Shown: piece by piece, positions 1 through 8,578 of the stretch
How the letters are laid out: every line of letters begins with the position of its first letter
Numbering within the stretch: position 1 is the first letter of the stretch
Assembly: GCA_902787835.1 (NCBI GenBank)
Contig: CADAHU010000003.1
Location: forward strand, 6,890-38,889
Direction of reading: 5' to 3'
Origin: an uncultured Eubacteriales bacterium
Lineage (GTDB): Bacteria; Bacillota; Clostridia; Christensenellales; Aristaeellaceae
DNA: 32,000 nt
Position numbers and translations under genes: made by a program
Notes under the pieces: model-generated
What the model saw: the letters and a program-made list of their open reading frames with translations, nothing else
The model's database searches: none
Told to the model about the DNA's origin: nothing

Positions 1-262
1 GGGGCTCACCGCGGGGCATATGGAGATGCTGGGCGTGTTTTCCGGGCCGGAAATGGGCTTCGTTTATCCCAACGGCGATCAGACCAGCGTGGTGGATGTG
101 GTTTTTGTATGCCGGGAGTATACCGGCGCGCTGCATGCCCAGGAAGAAGAGGTTTCGGAGCTTCGCTGGTTTAATGCGGACGCCCTGCCCGGGGATCTGA
201 CGCCCAACTGCCGTCCCGCGCTTACAAAATGGGCCCGGGAAGCGCTGGCCTCCCGGGCGTAA
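1..262 (+). CDS. NUDIX-family hydrolase, C-terminal fragment (5' end outside the window)
   Basis: The frame is open from the window edge to TAA at 260-262. The tail ...EEEVSELRWFNADALPGDLTPNCRPAL... resembles the C-terminal part of NUDIX hydrolases. The NUDIX box would lie upstream of the window, so the family call is tentative. Confidence 0.5.
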   Translation, partial: GLTAGHMEMLGVFSGPEMGFVYPNGDQTSVVDVVFVCREYTGALHAQEEEVSELRWFNADALPGDLTPNCRPALTKWAREALASRA

Positions 263-269
263 CTGCCGC

Positions 270-494
270 TTATTTGCCAAACAGGCCCTTGATCTTGTCC
301 AGGATCCCGCCGGCGGCGGCGCCGCCGATCTTGGCCTTGATGCCTTCGATCACCTGCTTGATCTGCTCGTCGGGCAGATCGATGCCCAGCTTCTTTTCCA
401 GCGTGCCCACGGGGTCGGAGAGGAAGGCGGTCTTCAGGCCGTCGTCCACCTTGAGCTTGGCCAGTACGTCGTTGATGATTTTTTCGATATCCAT
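270..494 (-). CDS. small hypothetical protein (74 aa), helical, no TM segment
   Basis: ATG at 494-492 sits 7 nt downstream of AAGGAGG (plus-strand cctcctt, 502-508). The composition looks coding (K/D/E/I/L rich, unlike the antisense artefacts). It has a Gly/Ala stretch followed by a Lys-rich amphipathic tail, GGILDKIKGLFGK. No family recognised. Confidence 0.6.
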   Translation of the reverse strand: MDIEKIINDVLAKLKVDDGLKTAFLSDPVGTLEKKLGIDLPDEQIKQVIEGIKAKIGGAAAGGILDKIKGLFGK

Positions 495-584
495 GGGGAT
501 GCCTCCTTATTGATTGCTGTGGATATTATACGCTTTCCCGGGGAATTTTTCAATTGTCTTTTGCCTTGAGGGCGGAGGTTGTCT

Positions 585-2195
585 GTGTCAGAAAAAAACA
601 AATCGCTGATCGGCGGTATTTCCATCCTGGGCCTGGCGGGCATCATCTGCAAGGTGGTGGGCGTGCTGTACCGCATCCCGCTGGCCGATTATATCGGCGG
701 CGAGGGCCTGGGCATTTATTCCAAGGTATTCACCGCCTATAACATGATGCTCACCATGTTTACCGTGGGCATCCCGGTGGCCATCTCCCGCATGGTATCC
801 CACTACGTCACCCGCCATGACCCGCGCAACGCCCGGCGGGTGTTTGGCGTGGCGATGCCGATGCTGGCGGCGTTTGGCGCCATCGGCACGGTGCTGCTCA
901 TATTGGGCAGCGGCTACCTGAGCCGGCGCGTGGGCACGCCGGAGACCAGGCTGGGCTATATCGCCATCGCGCCCAGCGTTGTGCTGGTGTGCGTCATGAG
1001 CGCCTTCCGCGGCTATATGCAGGGGCACCGCCATATGATGCCCACTGCCATTTCCCAGCTGATCGAGCAGGTGGGCAAGGTGGCCGTGGCCCTGCCCCTG
1101 GCGGTGATCGGCATGAAGCGCGGCGGCCCGGGCATGGGCGCGGCGGGCGCGCTGCTGGGCACCAGCATGGCCGAGGCGGTGGCCCTGGCCTATATGGTGT
1201 TCGCCAAGGCCCGCAGCGCCGCCGCCTTCCGCCAGGAGGAGCAGGCCGATATGCCGCCCCTGTCCCGCAAAACCATCGGCGTGCGGCTGGCGGCCATCTC
1301 CATCCCCATCACCCTGGGCGGCTGCATCGTGCCCCTGGCCAGCCTGATCGACAGCTTTATGATCACCCAGCTGATGGAGCAGGACGGCATGGCCAGCGCC
1401 GAGGCGCTGGTGCGCTACGGCCTGTACAGCGGCATGGTGATCACGCTGATCAACGTGCCCACCGCCCTGGCCATGGCCATGAGCACCAGCCTGGTGCCCG
1501 ATATCGCCGCCGGCATGGCCCGGGGCGACCGGGACTACGTTGCCCGGGAGGCGCACACCGGCATGCGGGTGGCGGCCGTGGTGGGCTTCCCCTGCTCCGT
1601 CGGCATGAGCCTGCTGGCCAAGCCCATCCTGTACCTGTGCTACGGCTATTCCGGCCGGTATACCCCGGCGCAGCTGGATGTGGCGGCGGAGCTGCTCACC
1701 ATCAGCGCGCTGACCATCGTGCTGTTCACCATGGTGCAGGCCACCACCGGCATCCTGCAGGGAGCGGGCAAGCAGCGCATCCCCATGTATACCCTGCTGG
1801 CCGGCGTGATCTGCAAGGTAACGCTCAATTACATCCTGATCGGCATCCCATCCGTCAACATCCACGGCGCGCCCATCGCCAGCCTGGTGTGCTATACCGT
1901 CAGCATGGTGCCCAACCTGTATTTTACCGCCAAATACGCCGCGCGGCGCATCCCCTGGCGGGATATCCTGCTGCGCCCGCTGGCGGCGGCCCTGCCCATG
2001 GGCGCGGCGGTCTGGGCGCTGTGGCGGTTTGTGTTTACCGAGCGGTATCTGCATCTGGGCCGCGCCCGGCTGCTGCTGGCGGTGCTGGTCTGCGTGCTGG
2101 CGGGCGTTATGGTGTACGCGGCGCTGGCCCTGAAGGTGAAGGCCGTCGGGAAAGAGGATCTGCCCGCCCGCCTGCGCAAAAAAATCGGACGCTGA
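585..2195 (+). CDS. MOP-superfamily polysaccharide/lipid II flippase (SpoVB / MurJ / YabM-like)
   Basis: About 14 hydrophobic segments. The N-terminus ...KSLIGGISILGLAGIICKVVGVLYRIPLADYIGGEGLGIY... is typical of SpoVB/YabM-type flippases. GGAGG at 574-578 favours GTG 585 over the TTG 579 given in the ORF track. The position upstream of mazG/yabN and hup mirrors the Bacillus yabM-yabN locus. Confidence 0.85.
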   Translation: MSEKNKSLIGGISILGLAGIICKVVGVLYRIPLADYIGGEGLGIYSKVFTAYNMMLTMFTVGIPVAISRMVSHYVTRHDPRNARRVFGVAMPMLAAFGAIGTVLLILGSGYLSRRVGTPETRLGYIAIAPSVVLVCVMSAFRGYMQGHRHMMPTAISQLIEQVGKVAVALPLAVIGMKRGGPGMGAAGALLGTSMAEAVALAYMVFAKARSAAAFRQEEQADMPPLSRKTIGVRLAAISIPITLGGCIVPLASLIDSFMITQLMEQDGMASAEALVRYGLYSGMVITLINVPTALAMAMSTSLVPDIAAGMARGDRDYVAREAHTGMRVAAVVGFPCSVGMSLLAKPILYLCYGYSGRYTPAQLDVAAELLTISALTIVLFTMVQATTGILQGAGKQRIPMYTLLAGVICKVTLNYILIGIPSVNIHGAPIASLVCYTVSMVPNLYFTAKYAARRIPWRDILLRPLAAALPMGAAVWALWRFVFTERYLHLGRARLLLAVLVCVLAGVMVYAALALKVKAVGKEDLPARLRKKIGR

Positions 2196-2204
2196 GGAAG
2201 ATAT

Positions 2205-3476
2205 ATGCAAAAGATCATGGTGGTATCCCTGGGCCCGGGGCCTCGGGAGCAATTGACCCTGGGCGCGCTGGAGCGCCTGCGCGGGGCAAAACGCCTGCTG
2301 CTGCGCACCGGATTGTGCGATGCCGCCCGGTATTTGACCGAGCAGGGTATAAAATACGAAACGCTGGACAGCCTGCATGAGGAGTGTGAGGATTTTGACG
2401 ATTTTATCGCCGCCGCCGTGCAGAAGATCGCCAAAGCCGCCGCCCGCACCCAGGCGGTTTACGCCGTGCTGGACGCCCTGAGCGACGAGACGGTGGCCGC
2501 CCTGCTGCGGGCGTATCCGGAGCAGGTTACGCTCTGCGGCGGCGCGGGGCTGGCGCTGCCCCTGCTGCAGGCCGCCGGGGCGCAGCTGCCCGTGCGCGTG
2601 GTATCGGCCACCAGCCTGACCGTGCCCGCCACCCAGGACGGGCTGCTGGTGGTGGAGATGAACACCCGCATGCTGGCGGGGGAATGCAAGCTGAAGCTGG
2701 CCGCCTGGTATGGCGACGATGCCGAGGCGCTGTTCTTCCCGCCGGCGGAAAAGGAGCAGCGCCGGTGCATCCGCCTGCCGCTGTGCGAGATCGACCGCCA
2801 GCCCAAGTACGATCACACCGCCGCCGTGTACCTGCCCGCCCTGCCCCTGGAAAAGCGGCAGCGGTTTGACCTGTGGGATCTGGTGCGGGTGATGCGCGTG
2901 CTGCGCGGGCCGGACGGCTGCCCCTGGGACGCGGCCCAGACCCACCGCACCCTCAGCCGCTATCTGATCGAGGAGGCCTACGAGGTCAGCGAGGCGGTGG
3001 AGCAGCAGGACTGGGAGCACGTGGCGGACGAGCTGGGCGACGTGCTGCTGCAGGTGATCTTCCACAGCGATATCGGCGCGCAGTACGGCACCTTTGAGCT
3101 CAGCGACGTGACCACCGCCATCTGCCGCAAGATGATGGACCGGCACCCGCACCTTTTTGCCGAGGGCGAGGACGCCAATAACGACGCCACCTGGGAGGCG
3201 CTCAAGCAGAAGCTGCGGGGCCAGACCACGGCGGGCGCGGTGCTGCGGGACGTATCCGATACCCTGCCCGCCCTGCTGCGGGCGGAAAAGCTGCTGCGCA
3301 AAATGGAGGGCCTGGGCATCGATCCCTCGGCGCTGGAGGCGGAGAGCCCGGCGCTGGGATTGTTCCGGGAGGTGCGCCGGCTGCGCGGGGCGGGCCTGTG
3401 CGCGGAGGAGGAGCTGCAGATCCTGCTGCTTCGGATGATCGAGCGCGCGGAAACCCGGGAAAATGCGGGGAAATAA
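2205..3476 (+). CDS. mazG: YabN-type fusion: tetrapyrrole-methylase-like N-domain plus MazG NTP pyrophosphohydrolase domain
   Basis: The N-terminus MVVSLGPGPREQLTLGALERLRGAKRLLLRTG is TP-methylase-like. The C-terminal half has the MazG motifs RLRGPDGCPWDAAQTHRTL...EEAYE...ELGDVLLQV. Confidence 0.85.
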   Translation: MQKIMVVSLGPGPREQLTLGALERLRGAKRLLLRTGLCDAARYLTEQGIKYETLDSLHEECEDFDDFIAAAVQKIAKAAARTQAVYAVLDALSDETVAALLRAYPEQVTLCGGAGLALPLLQAAGAQLPVRVVSATSLTVPATQDGLLVVEMNTRMLAGECKLKLAAWYGDDAEALFFPPAEKEQRRCIRLPLCEIDRQPKYDHTAAVYLPALPLEKRQRFDLWDLVRVMRVLRGPDGCPWDAAQTHRTLSRYLIEEAYEVSEAVEQQDWEHVADELGDVLLQVIFHSDIGAQYGTFELSDVTTAICRKMMDRHPHLFAEGEDANNDATWEALKQKLRGQTTAGAVLRDVSDTLPALLRAEKLLRKMEGLGIDPSALEAESPALGLFREVRRLRGAGLCAEEELQILLLRMIERAETRENAGK

Positions 3477-3507
3477 CGTAAAAAATCCGTGAACAGCGCG
3501 CAACTGC

Positions 3508-3535
3508 TTGACATTTGGCAAAAACGCGGTATACT
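3508..3535 (+). promoter_or_regulatory. sigma-A type promoter candidate for hup
   Basis: TTGACA (3508-3513), a 16-nt spacer, then TATACT (3530-3535). It lies about 80 nt upstream of the hup ATG. Confidence 0.55.
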
Positions 3536-3613
3536 TTACAAGGAGAGTGTGACCATCATCCTGCTGGATGTTGATAAAAGAAACTGTCCGCTATTAAAAG
3601 GAGGAAAAAACCC

Positions 3614-3889
3614 ATGAACAAGACTGAACTGATCAACGCCGTTGCCAAGAATGCCGAAATGAGCCGCAAGGACGCGGACAAGGCTGTTAACGCCGCTTTT
3701 GATGCCATTACCGCTTCCCTGAAGGCCGGCGAGAAGGTGGCCGTGGTGGGCTTCGGCGCTTTTGAAATCAAGGAGCGCGCCGCCCGCACCGCCCGCAACC
3801 CCCGCACTGGCGAAGAGATTGAGATCGCCGCTTCCAAGGCCGTTTCCTTCAAGGCCGGCAAAGCGCTGAAGGACGATATCAACAAGTAA
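3614..3889 (+). CDS. hup: HU-family DNA-binding protein
   Basis: 91 aa. MNKTELINAVA...GFGAFEIKERAARTARNPRTGEEIEIAASKAVSFKAGKALKD is a canonical HU/Hbs sequence. RBS AAAGGAGG at 3597-3604. Confidence 0.95.
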   Translation: MNKTELINAVAKNAEMSRKDADKAVNAAFDAITASLKAGEKVAVVGFGAFEIKERAARTARNPRTGEEIEIAASKAVSFKAGKALKDDINK

Positions 3890-3904
3890 TCTCCGCGTGT
3901 TTCG

Positions 3905-3928
3905 GCGAGGCGTTTGCCTCGCTTTTTT
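3905..3928 (+). terminator. rho-independent terminator after hup
   Basis: Stem gcgaggc (3905-3911), loop gttt, stem gcctcgc (3916-3922), followed by TTTTTT (3923-3928). Confidence 0.8.
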
Positions 3929-3939
3929 GTTTGCCGTCA

Positions 3940-3968
3940 TTGACGGCCCTGCGGCGAAATTATATAAT
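3940..3968 (+). promoter_or_regulatory. sigma-A type promoter candidate for the two-component operon
   Basis: TTGACG (3940-3945), a 17-nt spacer, then TATAAT (3963-3968). It lies about 45 nt upstream of ATG 4014. Confidence 0.5.
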
Positions 3969-4013
3969 AGACGCAGGATGATCAAGGCTCCGTCAGGGAA
4001 AGGAGGGCGCTCC

Positions 4014-4712
4014 ATGGCCCATAACAAGCTGATCCTCATCGCGGACGATGAGGCGGGCATTCATGAATCGCTGCGCATGTATTTGAAGCGCGACGGCTAC
4101 GATACCTATTCGGTGTACCGGGGCAGCGATGTGATGGAGGCGTTTACCCGCCTGCGGCCCGATCTGGTGATCCTGGACGTGATGATGCCCGGCCGCAGCG
4201 GCACCCAGGTGTGCGCCGATATCCGCGCCGTCAGCATGACGCCCATCATCATGCTCACCGCCAAGGGGGAGGAGACCGACCGCCTGCTGGGCTTCGCCCT
4301 GGGGGCGGATGATTATATCGTAAAGCCCTTCAGCCCCCGGGAGGTGGTCAGCCGCATCCAGGTGATCTTCCGCCGCATGAACATGCTGGAGAGCGCGCCG
4401 GAAAAGAGCCGTCTTTCCCTGGGCAATACGGAGATCAACCTGGCGCGCTATGAGGTGCTGGTGTCCGGCGAGCCGGTGGTGATGTCCCCCAAGGAGGTGG
4501 AGATATTGCACCTGATGGCCGCCCATCCCGGCCAGGTGTTCACCCGGGAGCAGCTGCTGGATTCCATTTGGGGGTTTGATTTTGACGGCGACGACCGGGT
4601 GGTGGATACCTCGGTGAAGCGCATCCGCAAAAAGCTGCCGGAGGGCTGCGGGCTGCAGCTGCGCTCGGTGTACGGCGTGGGCTATAAGCTGGAGGCGGCG
4701 GACAATGCGTAG
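4014..4712 (+). CDS. OmpR-family response regulator
   Basis: Receiver domain (LIADDE..., LVILDVMMPG, ...LTAKG) plus a winged-helix C-terminus (RVVDTSVKRIRKKL...GVGYKL). ATG 4014 follows AGGAGGG (4001-4007). The longer track ORF starting at 3897 runs through the hup terminator, so it is not used. Confidence 0.9.
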   Translation: MAHNKLILIADDEAGIHESLRMYLKRDGYDTYSVYRGSDVMEAFTRLRPDLVILDVMMPGRSGTQVCADIRAVSMTPIIMLTAKGEETDRLLGFALGADDYIVKPFSPREVVSRIQVIFRRMNMLESAPEKSRLSLGNTEINLARYEVLVSGEPVVMSPKEVEILHLMAAHPGQVFTREQLLDSIWGFDFDGDDRVVDTSVKRIRKKLPEGCGLQLRSVYGVGYKLEAADNA

Positions 4713-6372
4713 GCTGCCCAATTTTACCCGCACCATGGTGGCCGTGCTGGCGATATGCGTGGTGATCTTTACCTGCATGATGTATTTTGTTTCCGGGGCG
4801 CTGGCCCGCAGCACGGTGCAGCGGATGGCCCGGGAGGAGGCCGGGGCCGGGCTGGAGGCCGGGCTTGCGCTGCTGCGGCAGCGGGCCACGGGGCAGAGGA
4901 GCGATGAGGCGGTCCGCGGCGCGCTGGATCCTGCGGTCAACCCGGCGGAGGTGTATCTGTATTTGCGCTGCGCCGACGGTACGGCCTTTGCCGCGCGGGG
5001 CCTGGGCGAGCTGACGGCGGAGGCCCTGGCCTTTGCCCAGCGCGCGGGGGAGGAGATCGCATGGCGGCAGTCCGGCGATCTGCTGCTGGCGGCCCGGGCG
5101 GTGCCGGAGGGCGTGGCCGTGGCGGTCAAATCCCTGGCGGCCAGCAATGCCGCGGAGATCAGCTTCCGCTCCATGATGCTGCCCTACGCCCTGCTGGGCC
5201 TGGCCTTCATGGGCGTGGCGGTGCTGCTGCTGGCCCTGCGCATCATGACCCCGGTGGATACGCTGGTCAGCGCCGCCCGGCGCATCAGCGAGGGGGAGGA
5301 GCCCGAGATCAGCGAAAAGCTGCCGGTGGAGCTGCGGCCCCTGGGCCGCGCCTTTAACCAGATGTCCCGCCGCCTGAGCAGCTCCATGCAGCAGCTCACC
5401 GACGAGCGCGATACCCTGTCCCAGGTGATCGAAAGCCTGGATGAGGGCGTGCTGGCGGTGGACCAGGCGGGCGATGTGCTGCGGGAAAACAACGCTGTGG
5501 CCCGATTGCTGGGCGGCCGCGGATCGGAGGCCTATTCCCAGGTGCTTGCCAGCCTGCGCGGCGCGGCCCAGGAGGACGCCATGCTGCAGGTGGGCGAGAC
5601 CGTCGTGCTGGCGGTGTACCGGCCCCTGGCCTCGGGCCAGGGCGCGCTGGCGGTGCTGCGGGATGTGACCGAGCACGAGCGGCTGGAGCGCACCCGGCGG
5701 GATTACGTGGCCAATATTTCCCATGAGCTGCGCACGCCGCTGAGCAGCATGCGCGGCATCACCGAGGGCCTGCGGGACGGGTTGGTGACCGACGACGCCG
5801 AGCGCCAGCGCTGTTATGAGCTGCTGCTGGGCGAGGTGCAGCGCCTGTCCCGGCTGGTCAACGATCTGCTGGAGCTCAGCAATCTGCAGTCCAACCCCGC
5901 CGCCTTCTCCGTGGAGCCGGTGGACGCCCTGGAAACGCTCTACGAGCTGGCGGACCGCACCCGCACCCTGGCCAAGCGGAAGGGCGTGGAGCTGATCCTG
6001 GATGCGCCGGAGGCCCTGCCGTCGGTGATCACCAACGAGGACCGGCTGCAGCAGGTGCTGACCATCCTGCTGGACAACGCCATCAAGTTTACGCCCGCGG
6101 GGGGAAAAATCACCCTGTCCGCCGCGGAGGAAGGCCGCTTTGTGCGCTTCTCCGTGCGCGATACCGGCATCGGCATGGACGCCTATACCCAGGAGCACGC
6201 CTTTGACCGCTTCCATCAGGCGGACAGCAGCCACAGCCTTCAGGGCAGCGGCCTGGGGCTGGCCATCGCCCGGGAAATCATGCAGCGGCTGGACGGGCAT
6301 ATCGGCGTCAAAAGCAAGCCCGGAGCGGGCAGCGAGTTTTTCTTCCTGATGCGCGCGGGCGGGCAGGATTGA
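4705..6372 (+). CDS. sensor histidine kinase (2 TM, HAMP, PAS-like, HisKA, HATPase_c)
   Basis: H-box ISHELRTPL, N-box LLDNAIKFT, G1 DTGIGM, G2 GSGLGLAI. The start overlaps the response regulator stop by 8 nt. Confidence 0.9.
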   Translation: MRRLPNFTRTMVAVLAICVVIFTCMMYFVSGALARSTVQRMAREEAGAGLEAGLALLRQRATGQRSDEAVRGALDPAVNPAEVYLYLRCADGTAFAARGLGELTAEALAFAQRAGEEIAWRQSGDLLLAARAVPEGVAVAVKSLAASNAAEISFRSMMLPYALLGLAFMGVAVLLLALRIMTPVDTLVSAARRISEGEEPEISEKLPVELRPLGRAFNQMSRRLSSSMQQLTDERDTLSQVIESLDEGVLAVDQAGDVLRENNAVARLLGGRGSEAYSQVLASLRGAAQEDAMLQVGETVVLAVYRPLASGQGALAVLRDVTEHERLERTRRDYVANISHELRTPLSSMRGITEGLRDGLVTDDAERQRCYELLLGEVQRLSRLVNDLLELSNLQSNPAAFSVEPVDALETLYELADRTRTLAKRKGVELILDAPEALPSVITNEDRLQQVLTILLDNAIKFTPAGGKITLSAAEEGRFVRFSVRDTGIGMDAYTQEHAFDRFHQADSSHSLQGSGLGLAIAREIMQRLDGHIGVKSKPGAGSEFFFLMRAGGQD

Positions 6373-6432
6373 CTTTGCCCCGGCGATGGAGTAAGATACA
6401 AAATACAGATAGAATATACAGGAGGGATCACG

Positions 6433-7458
6433 ATGGCCAGAATCACCCTGGGCCGCACAGGCATCACGGCGGAACAGAACGCCTTCGGCGCGCTGCCCAT
6501 TCAGCGCGTATCCTTTGATATGGCCGGGCAGCTGCTGAACCGCGCCTTGGACGGCGGCATGGATTATATCGATACCGCCCGGGCCTACAGCGACAGCGAG
6601 GAGAAGATCGGCCGGGCGCTGGCGGCACGGCGGGGTGAATATACCCTGGCCACAAAAACCATGGCCACCACGCCGGAGGGCTTCTGGCGGGATCTGCATA
6701 CCTCGCTGGAAAAATTAAAGACTGATCATATCGATATTTATCAGTTCCATTGCATGGGCCAGTGCTGGCGGCCCGGCGACGGCAGCGGCATGTACGAGTG
6801 CATGGAGGAGGCCAAGCGCCAGGGCAAGATCCTGCATATTTCCGCCACGGCGCACAAGATCGGCGTGGCCCGGGAGATCGCGGAGAGCGGCCTGTATGAT
6901 ACCCTGCAGTTCCCCTTCAGCTATCTGAGCGGCGAGCAGGAGATCAGCCTGGTGAAGCTGTGCCGGGAGAAGAACGTGGGCTTCATCGCCATGAAGGGCC
7001 TGAGCGGCGGGCTGATCACCAACAGCGCCGCGGCCTACGCCTTTATCGCTCAGTACGATAACGTGCTGCCCATCTGGGGCGTGCAGCGGCCCCATGAGCT
7101 GGAGGAGTTCCTGAGCTATACGGATAACCCGCCCGCCATGACGGAGGAGATCAGCGCGCTGATCGCCAAGGACAAGGCGGAGCTCAGCGGTGATTTTTGC
7201 CGGGGCTGCGGCTATTGCATGCCCTGCCCGGCGGGGATCGAGATCAACAACTGCGCCCGCATGATCCAGCTGATCCGCCGCTCGCCCTCTGCCCGCTGGC
7301 TGGAGCCCGACGCTCAGGCAAAAATGGAAAAGATCGCCGGCTGCCTGCACTGCGGCAAGTGCATGACCCACTGCCCCTATGGGCTCAAGATCCCCGATCT
7401 GCTGGCCAAAAACCTGGAGGATTACCGCCGCATCGTATCGGGAGAAATCACTGTATAA
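6433..7458 (+). CDS. aldo/keto reductase with a C-terminal 2x[4Fe-4S] ferredoxin-like domain
   Basis: AKR N-terminal motifs (GRTGI...FGALPIQR, DYIDTARAYSDSEEKIG). The C-terminus has CRGCGYCMPCP and CLHCGKCMTHCP cysteine clusters. RBS AGGAGGG lies upstream. Confidence 0.85.
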   Translation: MARITLGRTGITAEQNAFGALPIQRVSFDMAGQLLNRALDGGMDYIDTARAYSDSEEKIGRALAARRGEYTLATKTMATTPEGFWRDLHTSLEKLKTDHIDIYQFHCMGQCWRPGDGSGMYECMEEAKRQGKILHISATAHKIGVAREIAESGLYDTLQFPFSYLSGEQEISLVKLCREKNVGFIAMKGLSGGLITNSAAAYAFIAQYDNVLPIWGVQRPHELEEFLSYTDNPPAMTEEISALIAKDKAELSGDFCRGCGYCMPCPAGIEINNCARMIQLIRRSPSARWLEPDAQAKMEKIAGCLHCGKCMTHCPYGLKIPDLLAKNLEDYRRIVSGEITV

Positions 7459-7470
7459 GAAGGAAAAACT

Positions 7471-8199
7471 ATGAAAAGCTATCAGGAAAACATTCTTTTG
7501 CGCACCTGCGATTGCGACGTCAGCGGCCAGTGGCGGCCCAGCGCCGTGCTCACCGCCATGCAGGAGCTCAGCGGCACCCATTGCGCATTGCTTGGCTGCG
7601 GCCGGGATGATCTGCTCAAGCGTGGCATCGTATGGATCCTGGCCCGCAGCGAGGTGCAGATGGACCGCTACCCCAATATCGGCGAGACCATTACCGTGCA
7701 GACCTTCCATAAGCCGGTGCGCCTGCGCTTCTTCCCGCGGTATTATATCTTTAAGGACAGCGCGGGCGATGTGATCGGCAAGGCGGGCACGCTGTGGCTG
7801 CTGATGGATATCCACACCCGGCAGACCATCCCCGCCGGGGATATCGCCGCCCTGCTGCCCGATAACAGCGAGCTGGCCGCCCCCATGGCGCTGCCTGCCA
7901 CCGTGGGCCAGCTCCAGGGCGAGGAGACCGTGACGCGCTACGACCCGGTGTATACCGATCTGGACGTCAACGGCCATGTGAACAACACCCGCTACGCCGA
8001 TTGGCTGTGCAACGCCCTGGGCATCGATACCATGGCCCATTATATCCCCGAGAGCCTGATCCTCAACTACAACGCCGAGGTGCGCCCCGGCCAGCATGTG
8101 GAGCTGCACCTGACCCGCCAGGGTCTGCAATACCGCCTGGCCGGCTATCATGGCGAAAAGCTGGCCTTCGAGATCGGCGGCCGGCTGAAGGAACGGTAA
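7471..8199 (+). CDS. acyl-ACP thioesterase (FatA/B-like double hotdog)
   Basis: 242 aa. The opening resembles acyl-ACP thioesterases in my recollection, and the motif DLDVNGHVNNTRYADW is characteristic of them. It sits 12 nt after the AKR stop and is probably co-transcribed. Confidence 0.85.
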   Translation: MKSYQENILLRTCDCDVSGQWRPSAVLTAMQELSGTHCALLGCGRDDLLKRGIVWILARSEVQMDRYPNIGETITVQTFHKPVRLRFFPRYYIFKDSAGDVIGKAGTLWLLMDIHTRQTIPAGDIAALLPDNSELAAPMALPATVGQLQGEETVTRYDPVYTDLDVNGHVNNTRYADWLCNALGIDTMAHYIPESLILNYNAEVRPGQHVELHLTRQGLQYRLAGYHGEKLAFEIGGRLKER

Positions 8200-8205
8200 G
8201 AACGG

Positions 8206-8391
8206 ACGGGGGCGTTCCTTCTTGGAGCCCAAGAAGGAACCGAAGAAGGCTGCGTTTGTCGCCGCTGATGCTGCGGGCTTTTCCGGCAACGGGAGGTTAC
8301 GGGGGCGTTCCTTCTTGGAGCCCAAGAAGGAACCGAAGAAGGCTGCGTTTGTCGCCGTTCCTGTTGCGGGCTTTTCCGCCAACTGGCTTTG
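8206..8391. repeat. tandem duplication (2 x 93 nt), each unit carrying a perfect 12-bp/3-nt-loop hairpin
   Basis: Units are 8206-8298 and 8299-8391. The first 59 nt are identical and the remaining 34 nt match at 24 of 34. Each unit contains gttccttcttgg-agc-ccaagaaggaac (8214-8240 and 8307-8333). Confidence 0.9.
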
Positions 8392-8478
8392 ACGCCTGCA
8401 ACCGTTCCCGGGCCCGTAGCGCCCGGAAAACCTGCCCTTGGGCCGGTTTTCAGAGGAGGGCGGGCCGGAAGGCCCCGG
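8391..8478. repeat. 88-nt GC-rich structured repeat core, copy A
   Basis: Its reverse complement matches 12573-12660 at 85 of 88 positions (aligned by hand in 10-mers). It contains three stem-loops: ccgggc/gcccgg (8408-8426), gaaaacc/ggttttc (8426-8451), and gggcc-GGAA-ggccc (8462-8475). Confidence 0.9.
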
Positions 8479-8530
8479 GTAAGGCCAGCTTTGCTGGCCG
8501 CGCGGTGCGCGAAGCGCACCGCTGAACACA

Positions 8531-8578
8531 GAGAAAAACCGTCAAAAACAAGCGAGCTTGCTTTTGACGGTTTTTCTC
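8531..8578. terminator. bidirectional rho-independent terminator between the thioesterase and the radical SAM gene
   Basis: A-tract gagaaaaa, stem ccgtcaaaaacaagc (8539-8553) pairing with gcttgcttttgacgg (8556-8570) with one mismatch, then the T-tract tttttctct. Confidence 0.7.

Noticed and set aside
588-3521. 977-aa minus-strand ORF. Similar very long shadow ORFs occur at 3993-5174, 4540-6699, 6715-8529, 9860-11332, 11420-12613, 13008-15182, 15559-16671, 17007-18527, 18515-19621, 19548-21779, 23241-24581, 24053-26101, 25635-26642, 27626-29536, 28986-30680 and 30690-31925.
   Set aside because: They lie antisense to, or out of frame with, genes that carry clear family motifs. Their compositions are dominated by R, G, A, P, H and Q with no recognisable domains, and they lack plausible RBSs. 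Stop-codon-poor alternative frames are expected at this GC content.
3897-4013. N-terminal extension of the response regulator (track ORF starting at 3897).
   Set aside because: The extension would begin inside the hup terminator and span the promoter-like TTGACG/TATAAT pair. The internal ATG at 4014 has a strong RBS and gives a canonical 232-aa OmpR-type protein.
4014-8199. Two-component system plus AKR and thioesterase as one regulatory unit.
   Set aside because: The only link is adjacency. There is a 60-nt gap between the kinase stop and the AKR start, and no shared motif. The evidence is too thin to claim a functional link.
8206-8391. Possible CRISPR array, suggested by direct repeats each containing a palindrome.
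   Set aside because: There are only two units. The repeated part (59 or more nt) is longer than the variable part. The units abut with no spacer-like unique segments, and no cas genes are in the window.
8001-8529. ORFs reading through the repeat region: 8001-8525 plus strand, 8148-8519 minus strand, and 12391-12726 plus strand. They share peptides such as GLPARPPLKTGPRAGFPGATGPGT.
   Set aside because: The shared peptide is simply the translation of the 88-nt DNA repeat. The frames have no RBS, run through palindromic hairpins, and have Arg/Pro/Gly-rich artefact composition. The nucleotide-level repeat explains the similarity.
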